24,000 nucleotides of DNA from Prochlorococcus sp. MIT 1223 (GTDB taxonomy: Bacteria > Cyanobacteriota > Cyanobacteriia > PCC-6307 > Cyanobiaceae), in NCBI RefSeq assembly GCF_034092465.1, contig NZ_CP139303.1, positions 686,865 to 710,864 of the forward strand. The letters run 5' to 3'. Below, one piece after another: positions 6,660 through 14,701 of this stretch (its first letter is position 1; every line of letters starts with the position of its first letter). Under the pieces are notes generated by a model that saw only the letters and a program-made list of their open reading frames with translations, searched no databases and was not told where the DNA came from. The translations under genes and the position numbers were made by a program.

Positions 6660-7688
6660 TTAATCCCAAGAAGCCTCTGCCATAAGCTTTATAGCTTTCT
6701 TATTATTTTCACCTAATTGATTAATCGTTACTTTATCTGGGATCACAGCTCCAAACCTTTTAACTTCCTTAGAGTCATTGAACCCAATTAAGGGATGTTC
6801 ATAAGTAGGAAAAGCTAAACCTTTACTACCTTTAGGTGAAGCTAAAAATTCCAGTAGTTTAATAGCTTCTTCTTTATTCTCAGCATATTTAGCAATACCT
6901 CCAGCACTTACATTTACATGAGCTGGGTTAGGGGTAATTACTTTAACTCTGCTCGCTAATCTTCTATCTTTAAGACCATTAACTCCACCAAGCATTCTTG
7001 CTACATAATAATGATTCACTATTCCTATTCCACATTTATTTTGTGCAACTGCTCTAATTACTCCAATATCACCAGGGAAATAAGGTTGAGAAACGTTTGA
7101 GATCATACCTTTTAACCATTTTTTCGTCTCTTCTTCACCTCTTATAACCAGTTGATTAGCAACTAAAGATTGATTATATGGACTATTCCGCTTTCTCAAG
7201 CAAACTTTTCCTTGCAAAGATGGATCAGCAAGATCCGAATAATCTTTTATTTTTGAAATATCAACTGACTTAGGGTTTGCAACCATAACTCTTACTCTTC
7301 TCGTTAGCGCATACCACTTGCCATTAGGGTCTTTATATTGACTAGGAACAGCTTTGTCTAACTTGGCAGAACGATAGCTCTGCAATAAGCCTTCCTTCGC
7401 AGCATTGCTGATTCGAGCAGCATCGACAAGCAAGATAACATCAGCTTTCGAGTTAGCGCCTTCTCTCTTCAATCTTTCTACAAGTGATATACCAGTTGCT
7501 TCAATTAATCGAACTTTAATACCTGTATCAGCTGCAAATTTTTTATATATTTGTCGGTCTGTATTGTAATGCCGACCAGAATAAACTCGAACTTCGCTAG
7601 CAATAGACCTGCTAGAAAAAATTAGTCCTGAACCCATAGCAAAAGAAGTTGCAATAACTGAAGAGGCAAAACGTTGAAATAAAGGCAT
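6660..7688 (-). CDS. futA: Fe(3+) ABC transporter periplasmic substrate-binding protein (FutA/IdiA/AfuA family)
   Basis: 342 aa with a signal peptide. VYSGRHYNTDRQIYKKFAADTGIKV...ADVILLVDAARI is typical of cyanobacterial FutA/IdiA iron-binding proteins. Confidence 0.88.
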   Translation of the reverse strand: MPLFQRFASSVIATSFAMGSGLIFSSRSIASEVRVYSGRHYNTDRQIYKKFAADTGIKVRLIEATGISLVERLKREGANSKADVILLVDAARISNAAKEGLLQSYRSAKLDKAVPSQYKDPNGKWYALTRRVRVMVANPKSVDISKIKDYSDLADPSLQGKVCLRKRNSPYNQSLVANQLVIRGEEETKKWLKGMISNVSQPYFPGDIGVIRAVAQNKCGIGIVNHYYVARMLGGVNGLKDRRLASRVKVITPNPAHVNVSAGGIAKYAENKEEAIKLLEFLASPKGSKGLAFPTYEHPLIGFNDSKEVKRFGAVIPDKVTINQLGENNKKAIKLMAEASWD

Positions 7689-7834
7689 TCTTAATCAAGC
7701 AAAATCAAGTCAATATATAGATTATCTAGCAAAAAAAGAAGTAGAAAAAAGTTGGTACTTTTATACGTGGACTAGTATCAATTGTTTAGGATAAGTAGAT
7801 AGGATGATTAATTGATGACAGATTTTCTAAAACC

Positions 7835-8500
7835 ATGGATTACTTAATCCATAAACTACTAGACAAAAAAACTGCGCAAAAAATAATTAGAGAGATTCTA
7901 AGTAATCAATCGGACTGGAAAGACGGGAAGAGAACGGCTGGATCATTTGCCTCAAAAGTAAAAAACAATTTACAACTTGATCGGAATTCTGAATTATCTA
8001 TAAATGCAAGCGATGAAATAACATCACATATGCTTAAAGATCCGCTTATAAAAAGTTTTTCTCTGGCAAAAATTATCCATGGGTTGATGTTTAGCAAAGC
8101 AGGATTAGGTCAGGGGTATGGAACACACATTGACAATCCATATATGAGCTCTGGAAGAAGCGACCTTTCATTCACTCTTTTCTTAAGTGAGAAGAATAAT
8201 TATGAAGGAGGTGAACTTTGCATTCAAACCATGCAAGGAAGCAATAGTTTTAAATTAGATATGGGAGAAATAATTATTTATCCTAGTACAAGCCTTCATT
8301 CAGTAGAGAAAGTCTCAAGTGGCCAGAGAATTGTTTGCGTAGGTTGGATTGAAAGTTACGTTTCTAGCAATGAAGAAAGAAGTTTTTTATTTGGACTTGA
8401 GGCTGGAGCAAAGGGGTTACTTGCAAAATATGGACAGTCACCAGAGTTAGACTTGATATTTCAATCATATGGGAACCTTTTAAGAAGGATGGGGGACTAA
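7835..8500 (+). CDS. piuC: Fe(II)/2-oxoglutarate-dependent PKHD-type hydroxylase (PiuC/YbiX family)
   Basis: 221 aa, collinear with my recollection of E. coli YbiX. Shared features: ...WKDGKRTAG..A..VKNN.Q.D, H.D motif in GTHIDNP, LSFTLFLS....YEGGEL, YPSTSLHSV. Confidence 0.85.
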   Translation: MDYLIHKLLDKKTAQKIIREILSNQSDWKDGKRTAGSFASKVKNNLQLDRNSELSINASDEITSHMLKDPLIKSFSLAKIIHGLMFSKAGLGQGYGTHIDNPYMSSGRSDLSFTLFLSEKNNYEGGELCIQTMQGSNSFKLDMGEIIIYPSTSLHSVEKVSSGQRIVCVGWIESYVSSNEERSFLFGLEAGAKGLLAKYGQSPELDLIFQSYGNLLRRMGD

Positions 8501-8593
8501 AATATCATTTGATACATTGACTAGTCATTTTTTTTGAAGGGTTCAGAAAAATGCCTATTTGATATATAAGATTGGATTAATGATTTTTAAAAA

Positions 8594-8839
8594 ATGGGAA
8601 AAAAGTCACCCGTTGCAATATTCATGGCAGCAACTGCATTACTTGCAACAAGCAGCCTAAATGCAAATATCAGTCACTCAGCCCCAAAAGATAAAGATAT
8701 TGGTGGCTTAAAGGAATGGACAACAGATCAATCTATTGAAGATGAAAGTAAATTAGATGAAGCAGCCAAAAAAGCAAAGAAAAAAGCAAAGAAAAGAAAT
8801 CTTTGCATACCAGTAGGAGAAGGAGAAAATTGCTGGTAG
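8594..8839 (+). CDS. Hypothetical small secreted Lys-rich protein (81 aa) ending in C-x8-C-W
   Basis: Signal peptide MGKKSPVAIFMAATALLATSSLNA, a KKAKKKAKKR tract, and C-terminus NLCIPVGEGENCW. Followed by a strong terminator. Confidence 0.6.
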   Translation: MGKKSPVAIFMAATALLATSSLNANISHSAPKDKDIGGLKEWTTDQSIEDESKLDEAAKKAKKKAKKRNLCIPVGEGENCW

Positions 8840-8883
8840 ATAAAGGTTTTTATTTTATTTAAAATATAAAAATTAAAAAAAAA

Positions 8884-8904
8884 AGCGCTCACTTTGTGAG
8901 CGCT
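8884..8904. terminator. Bidirectional rho-independent terminator between the convergent 8594..8839 (+) and porin (-) genes
   Basis: 9-bp stem AGCGCTCAC / GTGAGCGCT with a TTT loop. Flanked by an A-run (8871-8884) and a T-rich tract (8904-8915). Confidence 0.8.
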
Positions 8905-8927
8905 TTTCCTTTTTAATTAGGTAGTTG

Positions 8928-10442
8928 TTAGAACTTTAAAGTTGTCAAAACTACATAACCATTTGCATCGTCGTTAGTTCCAGTGTTTGGATCTGAACTT
9001 CCGAAGAAAGCAGGAGTAACTGACACATTGTCATTAACTTGGAATGTGTAGTAAGCCTCCCATGTGCTGTTGTCCTTAGCACCCTCTGATTGAGCAGTTG
9101 CTGTCTCATCAAGAGTCGCATGGTAAGTGTTAGCGGTCATTCTTGAACCGATAGCAAAACCAGCTTTGTTACCTTCAGAACCTACGTCATCCCACATTAG
9201 GCCGATCATCCAGCCGTCAGCTTCCTTAACGTTGACGTCGTTGTTGTCGATAGTAGTTGTGTCATACCCAATCTGAATAGCTGGGATAGCACCTACTTCT
9301 TCAGGCTTCCAGTAAGCTCTTAAACCGTAAGCTGTTTCATGAGCATGAGTAGCTCTTTCTGCAGCTTGATTTGTTGCGAAGTAAGTATCTGTCCAACCAC
9401 CACTCTTATAAGCAGTAGCTAGAGATACCTGCCATCTTGGAGAACCATACTCAAACTTGACAAGAGTTCCTCTCTTACCTGTTTCACCAAATATTCCGCT
9501 GTCAACAGCTGCAGACTCACCACTCTGTTGAGTATAAGCAAGAGATACAGCGAAGCGTGCAGCAGATGGATCATCCTTTTGCTGAGTCCAGGCAACACCT
9601 AAACCAGGGTTAGTGCTTGAACCGTAAACAGGACCATTACCACCAAGTGCGAATTGCTTCATCACTGGCTTATAAATAGATGGAGAGCTAGCTAGCATGT
9701 AGTAGTTCTCAACCTTTGGACCAATCCAAACTTTGAACTGTTCAGCAACTGGGAATGAATACCATAGCTTGTCTACCTTTAAGTAGTCATAAGCGGTAGC
9801 ACTGCTACCACCTGCCTCGGCAGAACCTGCACCATGAGCAGATAGGTATGTAGCAGATGTTCTGGTGCCGAAATGACCTTGAACGTTACCAGTCTTGATG
9901 CGAACATAAAGATTGTCTCTACCAGAGAAGCTGGAGTTCAAGTTCATCTGATAGCTGTACTCCATAGTTGTGGAGTCAGATGTATCAGCATCACTATCAA
10001 CCTGACCAACGATGATGTTGGCCTTACCGTCTAGCTTTGTTGTATTAGAGAATTGACCGGCTTCGAATTCGCCAACGCGAGCTTCAAGACCATCAATTCT
10101 ACCTTTGATTACAGCAAGCTCAGGAGCGAACTCATTGATAAGACGACGCTCTTCCTCGTTAACCTGAGCAACATTGCCAAGGCACTTGTTTAACAAAGAA
10201 GCAGCTTCGTAACGAGTGATGCTTCCAGAAGGATTAGCAACAGCACATCCGTGGCGCTCAGCCAAAGAAGTTAGAGCTTGATAAGCCCAATCTGTTGGAT
10301 AAACATCAGAGAAGCTCTGAACTTCTGAACCAGAAGTGTAGTCAGAGATTCCATCAATGTTTAAATCAGCAGCGTTTGCTGCCAATGGTGCCATTAGGCC
10401 CAATGCAGCAGGAGCTACCAGCAATTGCTGGAAAAGTTTCAT
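8928..10442 (-). CDS. som: Outer-membrane porin, N-terminal SLH domain plus OprB-like beta-barrel (Som family)
   Basis: 504 aa. Signal peptide MKLFQQLLVAPAALGLMAPLAANA, SLH motif DVYPTDWAYQALTSLAERHGC, coiled-coil linker, Gly/Tyr-rich beta-barrel ending in F. Typical picocyanobacterial Som porin. Confidence 0.88.
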   Translation of the reverse strand: MKLFQQLLVAPAALGLMAPLAANAADLNIDGISDYTSGSEVQSFSDVYPTDWAYQALTSLAERHGCAVANPSGSITRYEAASLLNKCLGNVAQVNEEERRLINEFAPELAVIKGRIDGLEARVGEFEAGQFSNTTKLDGKANIIVGQVDSDADTSDSTTMEYSYQMNLNSSFSGRDNLYVRIKTGNVQGHFGTRTSATYLSAHGAGSAEAGGSSATAYDYLKVDKLWYSFPVAEQFKVWIGPKVENYYMLASSPSIYKPVMKQFALGGNGPVYGSSTNPGLGVAWTQQKDDPSAARFAVSLAYTQQSGESAAVDSGIFGETGKRGTLVKFEYGSPRWQVSLATAYKSGGWTDTYFATNQAAERATHAHETAYGLRAYWKPEEVGAIPAIQIGYDTTTIDNNDVNVKEADGWMIGLMWDDVGSEGNKAGFAIGSRMTANTYHATLDETATAQSEGAKDNSTWEAYYTFQVNDNVSVTPAFFGSSDPNTGTNDDANGYVVLTTLKF

Positions 10443-10447
10443 TTAAT

Positions 10448-10456
10448 TCCTCACAC
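10448..10456 (-). promoter_or_regulatory. Putative Yfr1 sRNA target site overlapping the som ribosome-binding site
   Basis: The mRNA-sense 5'UTR reads ...UUCUGUGUGAGGAAUUAA-AUG. GUGUGAGGA is complementary to the conserved Yfr1 motif ACUCCUCACAC, which is recalled from the literature. Confidence 0.5.
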
Positions 10457-10483
10457 AGAAATACCCAAAACTTGGGCTCGCAC

Positions 10484-10489
10484 ATTATA
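10484..10489 (-). promoter_or_regulatory. Candidate -10 box (perfect TATAAT) for the som porin
   Basis: On the minus strand, ...GATTAGCATCTATAATGTGCGAG... lies ~40 nt upstream of the ATG. No convincing -35 element. Confidence 0.45.
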
Positions 10490-10525
10490 GATGCTAATCA
10501 AGCTAAACACCAGTAAAAACCAATT

Positions 10526-10589
10526 AATTACTTCCACCTATGCATCGAATGTAACAATTCTCACATTCGATGCATAGGTGGAAGTAATT
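10526..10589 (-). terminator. 27-bp perfect inverted repeat (10-nt loop); probable glyQ terminator or insulator upstream of the som promoter
   Basis: AATTACTTCCACCTATGCATCGAATGT (10526-10552) pairs base-for-base with 10563-10589; all 27 pairs checked by hand. It lies 47 nt after the glyQ stop. On the minus strand it is followed by AATTGGTTTTTAC. Confidence 0.6.
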
Positions 10590-10635
10590 TGGAATCCTAT
10601 TAAAAACAACCTGGCAGAAAATAATTGTTTTCCTT

Positions 10636-11511
10636 TTAGTTTCTATCTTTTAAAAGAGGGAAGTTCAATTCCTGCCTTTTTGCAAGCCAACTTTCAGCTA
10701 CTTCCTTAGCAAGACTCCTAATACGTGAAATAATGCTAGTTCTCTCTGTAACAGATATAACTCCTCTTGCTTCAAGCAAGTTGAACGTATGACTGCACTT
10801 TAAAACAAATTCTAAAGCCGGTGCAGCTAAGTTGTTTTGCATTAAAGATTTTGCCTCAGCTTCATATATTTCAAAGAGTTTTTTTAATTTTTGAGGGTCA
10901 GATACTTCGAAATTATATTTACATTGATCTTTCTCAAATGGAAGCCAAATATCTCCATAAGTCAAATTTTTATTCCAATTAAGGTCCCAAATACTTTCTA
11001 CATTTTGAAGATACATCGCTAATCTTTCTATCCCATAAGTAATTTCAATGGAAACTGGGCGGCAATCAATGCCACCACATTGCTGGAAGTAAGTAAATTG
11101 AGTCACCTCCATGCCATCAAGCCAAACCTCCCAACCCACTCCCCATGCGCCTAAAGTTGGTGATTCCCAATTATCCTCAACAAATCTAATATCATGTTCT
11201 TTCTGGATAATTCCTATGGCTTCCAAGGAGGAAAGATAAGTTTCTTGTATTTCATCGGGAGAGGGCTTTATTAAAACTTGATATTGAAAATAATGTTGAG
11301 CTCGATTTGGATTGTCTCCATATCTACCGTCAGTAGGCCTTCTGCATGGTTCTGGGTAGGCAACTGACCATGGTTCTGGCCCTAATGCTCTAAGAACAGT
11401 ATGTGGACTCATTGTTCCAGCCCCTTTTTCAGTATCAAATGGCTGCAAAATCAAGCACCCTTGTTCACTCCAAAATGAATTAAGGCTAGAGATTATGTCC
11501 TGAAAGTACAT
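10636..11511 (-). CDS. glyQ: Glycine--tRNA ligase alpha subunit
   Basis: 291 aa. [19 protein letters not shown]...[37 protein letters not shown] is unmistakably GlyQ. Confidence 0.95.
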   Translation of the reverse strand: MYFQDIISSLNSFWSEQGCLILQPFDTEKGAGTMSPHTVLRALGPEPWSVAYPEPCRRPTDGRYGDNPNRAQHYFQYQVLIKPSPDEIQETYLSSLEAIGIIQKEHDIRFVEDNWESPTLGAWGVGWEVWLDGMEVTQFTYFQQCGGIDCRPVSIEITYGIERLAMYLQNVESIWDLNWNKNLTYGDIWLPFEKDQCKYNFEVSDPQKLKKLFEIYEAEAKSLMQNNLAAPALEFVLKCSHTFNLLEARGVISVTERTSIISRIRSLAKEVAESWLAKRQELNFPLLKDRN

Positions 11512-11558
11512 ATGCCTATCCTCTCCAGTCGCAGCAAGTGTTCTTAGCAGTCATATTC

Positions 11559-11578
11559 ATTGATAGGTTATTGATAGG
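11559..11578. repeat. Tandem direct repeat ATTGATAGG x2 (11-bp period) ~50 nt upstream of the glyQ start
   Basis: ATTGATAGG at 11559-11567 and 11570-11578 (cATTGATAGGttATTGATAGGca). Confidence 0.7.
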
Positions 11579-12329
11579 CAGGAAACTGCATATTTCATTA
11601 TCTCAAAAATTAGTGCTATCAACAGGGTGCATAGGTGAATCGAAACGACAATCTATTCATTCAACATTTAATCCTTTCGCCTTAGGAAAATAAAACTTAA
11701 AATCCAACAAAATATATTTATTCAACTTCTTACTACAAGAAGCTATAATTATATTCTTAATCAATGTAATCTAAGCTATATCTAACCATGAAAATTATTG
11801 TCATATGATTTAAATTTTAAAGGAGGAGCTATAGGAAATCACTTCGGATAGAAACAAGAAAATTAGATTTGAATCTTGTTAATTTAGCTATTCTTACTCC
11901 AAGAGTAAAAGCTCTATTTCTATAGACTTAATCTTTTCTTCATTATTTTTAATTAAATTAAGACTTGCTTTTTAAGTTTGACATATTGGATTAGTAATTA
12001 CTATTTCATAGCTATTCATAGATGTAAATAGATATTGGATTCGAAAGACCTAGTACTAAAAGTACTTTTAAAACATGTAAGTAATTCGAATCCTCTACTA
12101 TAATATTTACCAGATAAGGCATCTAAATTACCATTTAAATAGCTTAGAGTATTACTTTTGCCAAGTTCATAACGTACATAACCTCTATCTGTTAAATATC
12201 CTCCATCTATTGGCATATATATTATTGATCGAACAACATAACTCTATATGAAAATGCTCTGGTTTTTTTCGGAATAAAAAGTAGCTTTTTCTGATTAAGT
12301 AACTATATTTAGAAATATTAGAAAAAATC

Positions 12330-12479
12330 ATGGTTATTTCTACGAATCTAGAGATTGAGTCACTTGGAAATGAAACCAAAGAAACCCTTGGCTTTAAAAC
12401 TGAAGAAGAAATGGAACTCGCTCTTAAACCTCTAATGGAAAAATCTAATGTTTCATTAGAAAATGTATATGCTATATAA
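12330..12479 (+). CDS. Possible 49-aa acidic protein (not in the ORF track)
   Basis: MVISTNLEIESLGNETKETLGFKTEEEMELALKPLMEKSNVSLENVYAI reads more protein-like than the antisense low-complexity ORF 12185..12496. No RBS or homology support. Confidence 0.25.
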   Translation: MVISTNLEIESLGNETKETLGFKTEEEMELALKPLMEKSNVSLENVYAI

Positions 12480-12492
12480 TCTATTCTTAAAT

Positions 12493-12744
12493 TCAATTCA
12501 TCATTTTATTATATAAAAATAATCCAATTAGAATAAACAACCCTGATATCAAAATCAAGCTTATTAAAGAAATAATGTTCTGATTGAATAATAAGTATGT
12601 TGCTATAAAAAGTATTGAAGGTGCAAGTATTAAAGTTTTTGAAAATAAATCTTTATTCCATTTTGGAGATTCAGAAAAGTCATCTTCAGTTCTTAACTCT
12701 TTGAGACGCTCTTCTAAAGTCTTTTGATCAAAATTCTTCATCAA
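12493..12744 (-). CDS. Hypothetical small membrane protein (83 aa, two predicted TM helices)
   Basis: Charged N-terminus (KTLEERLKELRTEDDF), then two hydrophobic stretches: LILAPSILFIATYLLF and IISLISLILISGLFILIGLFLY. Confidence 0.55.
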   Translation of the reverse strand: MMKNFDQKTLEERLKELRTEDDFSESPKWNKDLFSKTLILAPSILFIATYLLFNQNIISLISLILISGLFILIGLFLYNKMMN

Positions 12745-12962
12745 TTGAATTCATATAAGGTATTAAACATAATGCAATAATTTTAGAACTAAATAAAGAC
12801 TCTAGACCTCAATCAAAAGCATTTTTACAAATCTATCTTTCAGCTGTTTCTTAAAATGAACTCTACGGCCTTAACCGTTAAATATTGTTTTAAAGATATC
12901 AGTAAATTAGGTGGTCAATGTAAAAAGTAGTATATTACAAGTATAAATAATCACTAATAGAA

Positions 12963-13076
12963 ATGTCTTCAGAGGAAATTCAATTAATTGGGAATTCTCT
13001 TGCAGCTCATCCTCCAATTATCATAGGGGCTCTATGCCTATTCATGTACATAAGAAGACGCTTTCTAGCTACTTAA
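12963..13076 (+). CDS. Possible 37-aa single-TM micro-protein (not in the ORF track)
   Basis: MSSEEIQLIGNSLAAHPPIIIGALCLFMYIRRRFLAT. Followed by the small hairpin AAAGCA-GCTT-TGCTTT (13076-13091), shared with the convergent gene 13116..13712. Confidence 0.3.
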   Translation: MSSEEIQLIGNSLAAHPPIIIGALCLFMYIRRRFLAT

Positions 13077-13115
13077 AGCAGCTTTGCTTTTATTAAATAA
13101 ATGACTAATTGCCTT

Positions 13116-13712
13116 TCAGCCAAAAGGATTAGTACCTTTTAAAGGACCTACAAATAAGAATTCCATGAAAGCTCCAGTTATGGCCATTGGGAATACCCAA
13201 ATCGCCATAAATCTGAATCCAAAAAATCTCATTTTTTCATTTCCTTCAAAGACATTCTTAGTATTGGTATAAATAGTTTCATCACCTTTAATTAAATAAG
13301 TAGATTTGTTATTCTCATCTATTGGTTTAACAATCTCATTAGTTTTTCTAGAAGTAAATCTTCTTATTGTATTTATAGCAACTATTGGTAAAACCCATAG
13401 AGCAAAGTCTCTCTTGCTAATATTTTTTCTAAATCCTTCCTTGCTAGGAATGGCACTTTCAATTAGAGAGTAAATGTATTCTGGTTCATTCATTTCTTTA
13501 ATATTAGTTGGATCTAACTCGCCTCCATTATCTAAGCTATCTTGATTTTCTAGTTCTTTATTTTCTGATGTTATAACTGCAACTGAGCTGTTTTCTTGAT
13601 CATTATTCAAATCAGCTCTATTAGAAGAATCAAATCCTCCTTCATTTAAATCTATATTTTCATTATTACTTACTGAATCAGATGAATCAGTATTTAAGTT
13701 TGGATCTTCCAT
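13116..13712 (-). CDS. Hypothetical membrane protein with an acidic, Asn/Ser/Asp-rich disordered N-terminus (198 aa)
   Basis: ORF-track ORF. The N-terminal ~80 aa are low-complexity acidic. Hydrophobic segments are FALWVLPIVAINTI and FMAIWVFPMAITGAFMEFLFV. No family recognised. Confidence 0.6.
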   Translation of the reverse strand: MEDPNLNTDSSDSVSNNENIDLNEGGFDSSNRADLNNDQENSSVAVITSENKELENQDSLDNGGELDPTNIKEMNEPEYIYSLIESAIPSKEGFRKNISKRDFALWVLPIVAINTIRRFTSRKTNEIVKPIDENNKSTYLIKGDETIYTNTKNVFEGNEKMRFFGFRFMAIWVFPMAITGAFMEFLFVGPLKGTNPFG

Positions 13713-13816
13713 TAAGAAATACTATTCTATTAAAATTATAATGAATCAAACTCTCAATAATCAAAATTAGATTGAATTGTATAAGTTTATATAAAAACTC
13801 TTAATAAAAAGTTTAC

Positions 13817-14125
13817 CTAAACTCCTATTACACCCCTACGGATGAACTGCATAGCAAATATTGCTCCTAGAAAAAATACAGTTGGTATTCCTAATGCGTT
13901 TACAGCCAGCGTCCTAACTGTAAAAACTGGATAGCCTCTTTCTGGCCTGCCTTGTGTAGCGACTATTGCAGTGTCTTCCCAAACTTGATAGTTCTCTAAA
14001 GTAGGAAAACCTGGAGCTACTTTGTTATCCCACTTTAATACTTCCCACTTCGTTAGCCAGAAGACTGTAAATACTAATGAAAAAATGATGGGTGTAAAAA
14101 CAAGAATTAGTCTGAAGTCCATCAA
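13817..14125 (-). CDS. Two-TM protein with a C-terminal cytochrome b559 beta (PsbF)-like domain lacking the heme-ligand His
   Basis: C-terminal [33 protein letters not shown] aligns with canonical PsbF YPIFTVRWLAVHTLAVP(S/T)VFF(L/V)GAIAAMQFIQR, recalled from memory. Asn replaces the axial His. The extra N-terminal TM helix is [21 protein letters not shown]. Confidence 0.65.
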   Translation of the reverse strand: MMDFRLILVFTPIIFSLVFTVFWLTKWEVLKWDNKVAPGFPTLENYQVWEDTAIVATQGRPERGYPVFTVRTLAVNALGIPTVFFLGAIFAMQFIRRGVIGV

Positions 14126-14299
14126 AAACCAAAAATTTATGTACTAATCGTTGCATTGATAGAGCCAAAAAAGACGATTACATTAAACAGCATGACAATT
14201 CTGTAACTAATCTTATTCTGAGGCGTAGTAATTGAAGCTTTTCAGTGGACTATCAATTACATCTGTTAGGCTTAAAAAACTGCAGTTAGCAGGTTATTT

Positions 14300-14701
14300 A
14301 TGGAATTCGGTTTCAAAGAAGTTCTTTTTGGGCTTGCTGGGGTCAGCATGATTGCATGGGCCGCAGTCATTGGTCTTTGGCACACTTATATGTTTCCAAG
14401 ATTTTTCAGCGAAGACTCATCAAGGAATCAAAGCGTCTCAGATTCATCCATCGCTCCACTATCAATCGCCAATGCAAATGGATCTAATTTAGGAAAAGGC
14501 GAATTAAGGCCAAGCACCCAAACTATTGGTCTCCCTAGTAGAAATAAATATTCAAGGCAGTCAATTGTTTTAGCTGACTTCAGCCCTGTTGAGCCTGGAT
14601 ATGGAGTAAATAGATTGTATACAATTATTCTACTTGGCCTTGGAATTACCTCTTTTGTATTAATAACCTTTGGCCTTCAAAGTGGCTTTAACTTAATCTA
14701 G
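14300..14701 (+). CDS. Hypothetical membrane protein (133 aa, TM helix at each end)
   Basis: ORF-track ORF. Hydrophobic LFGLAGVSMIAWAAVIGLW and LYTIILLGLGITSFVLITFGL flank a Ser-rich hydrophilic loop. Confidence 0.55.
   Translation: MEFGFKEVLFGLAGVSMIAWAAVIGLWHTYMFPRFFSEDSSRNQSVSDSSIAPLSIANANGSNLGKGELRPSTQTIGLPSRNKYSRQSIVLADFSPVEPGYGVNRLYTIILLGLGITSFVLITFGLQSGFNLI

Noticed and set aside
7906-8097. 63-aa minus-strand ORF inside piuC
   Set aside because: Shadow ORF antisense to a confidently identified PiuC/YbiX homolog.
8928-10442. Elevated GC of the porin gene as a sign of horizontal transfer
   Set aside because: Som porins are core, very highly expressed genes. Their Gly/Ala/Thr-rich beta-barrel composition and codon bias explain the higher GC, so no HGT claim is made.
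10295-10516. 73-aa plus-strand ORF spanning the porin start
   Set aside because: It is antisense to the porin signal-peptide region and 5'UTR. Its Gln-rich, low-complexity sequence is a shadow of the GC-rich porin codons.
12185-12496. 103-aa minus-strand ORF
   Set aside because: Ser/Ile/Phe-rich low-complexity translation of AT-rich DNA, with no domain. It overlaps both the neighbouring ORF 12016..12216 and a cleaner plus-strand micro-ORF. Treated as non-coding or uncertain.
12853-12927. 24-aa ORF MNSTALTVKYCFKDISKLGGQCKK, with a GG motif reminiscent of lanthipeptide (prochlorosin) leader cleavage sites
   Set aside because: It is far too short. It lacks the conserved long NHLP-type leader, and no LanM or transporter gene is nearby. 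Treated as coincidental.
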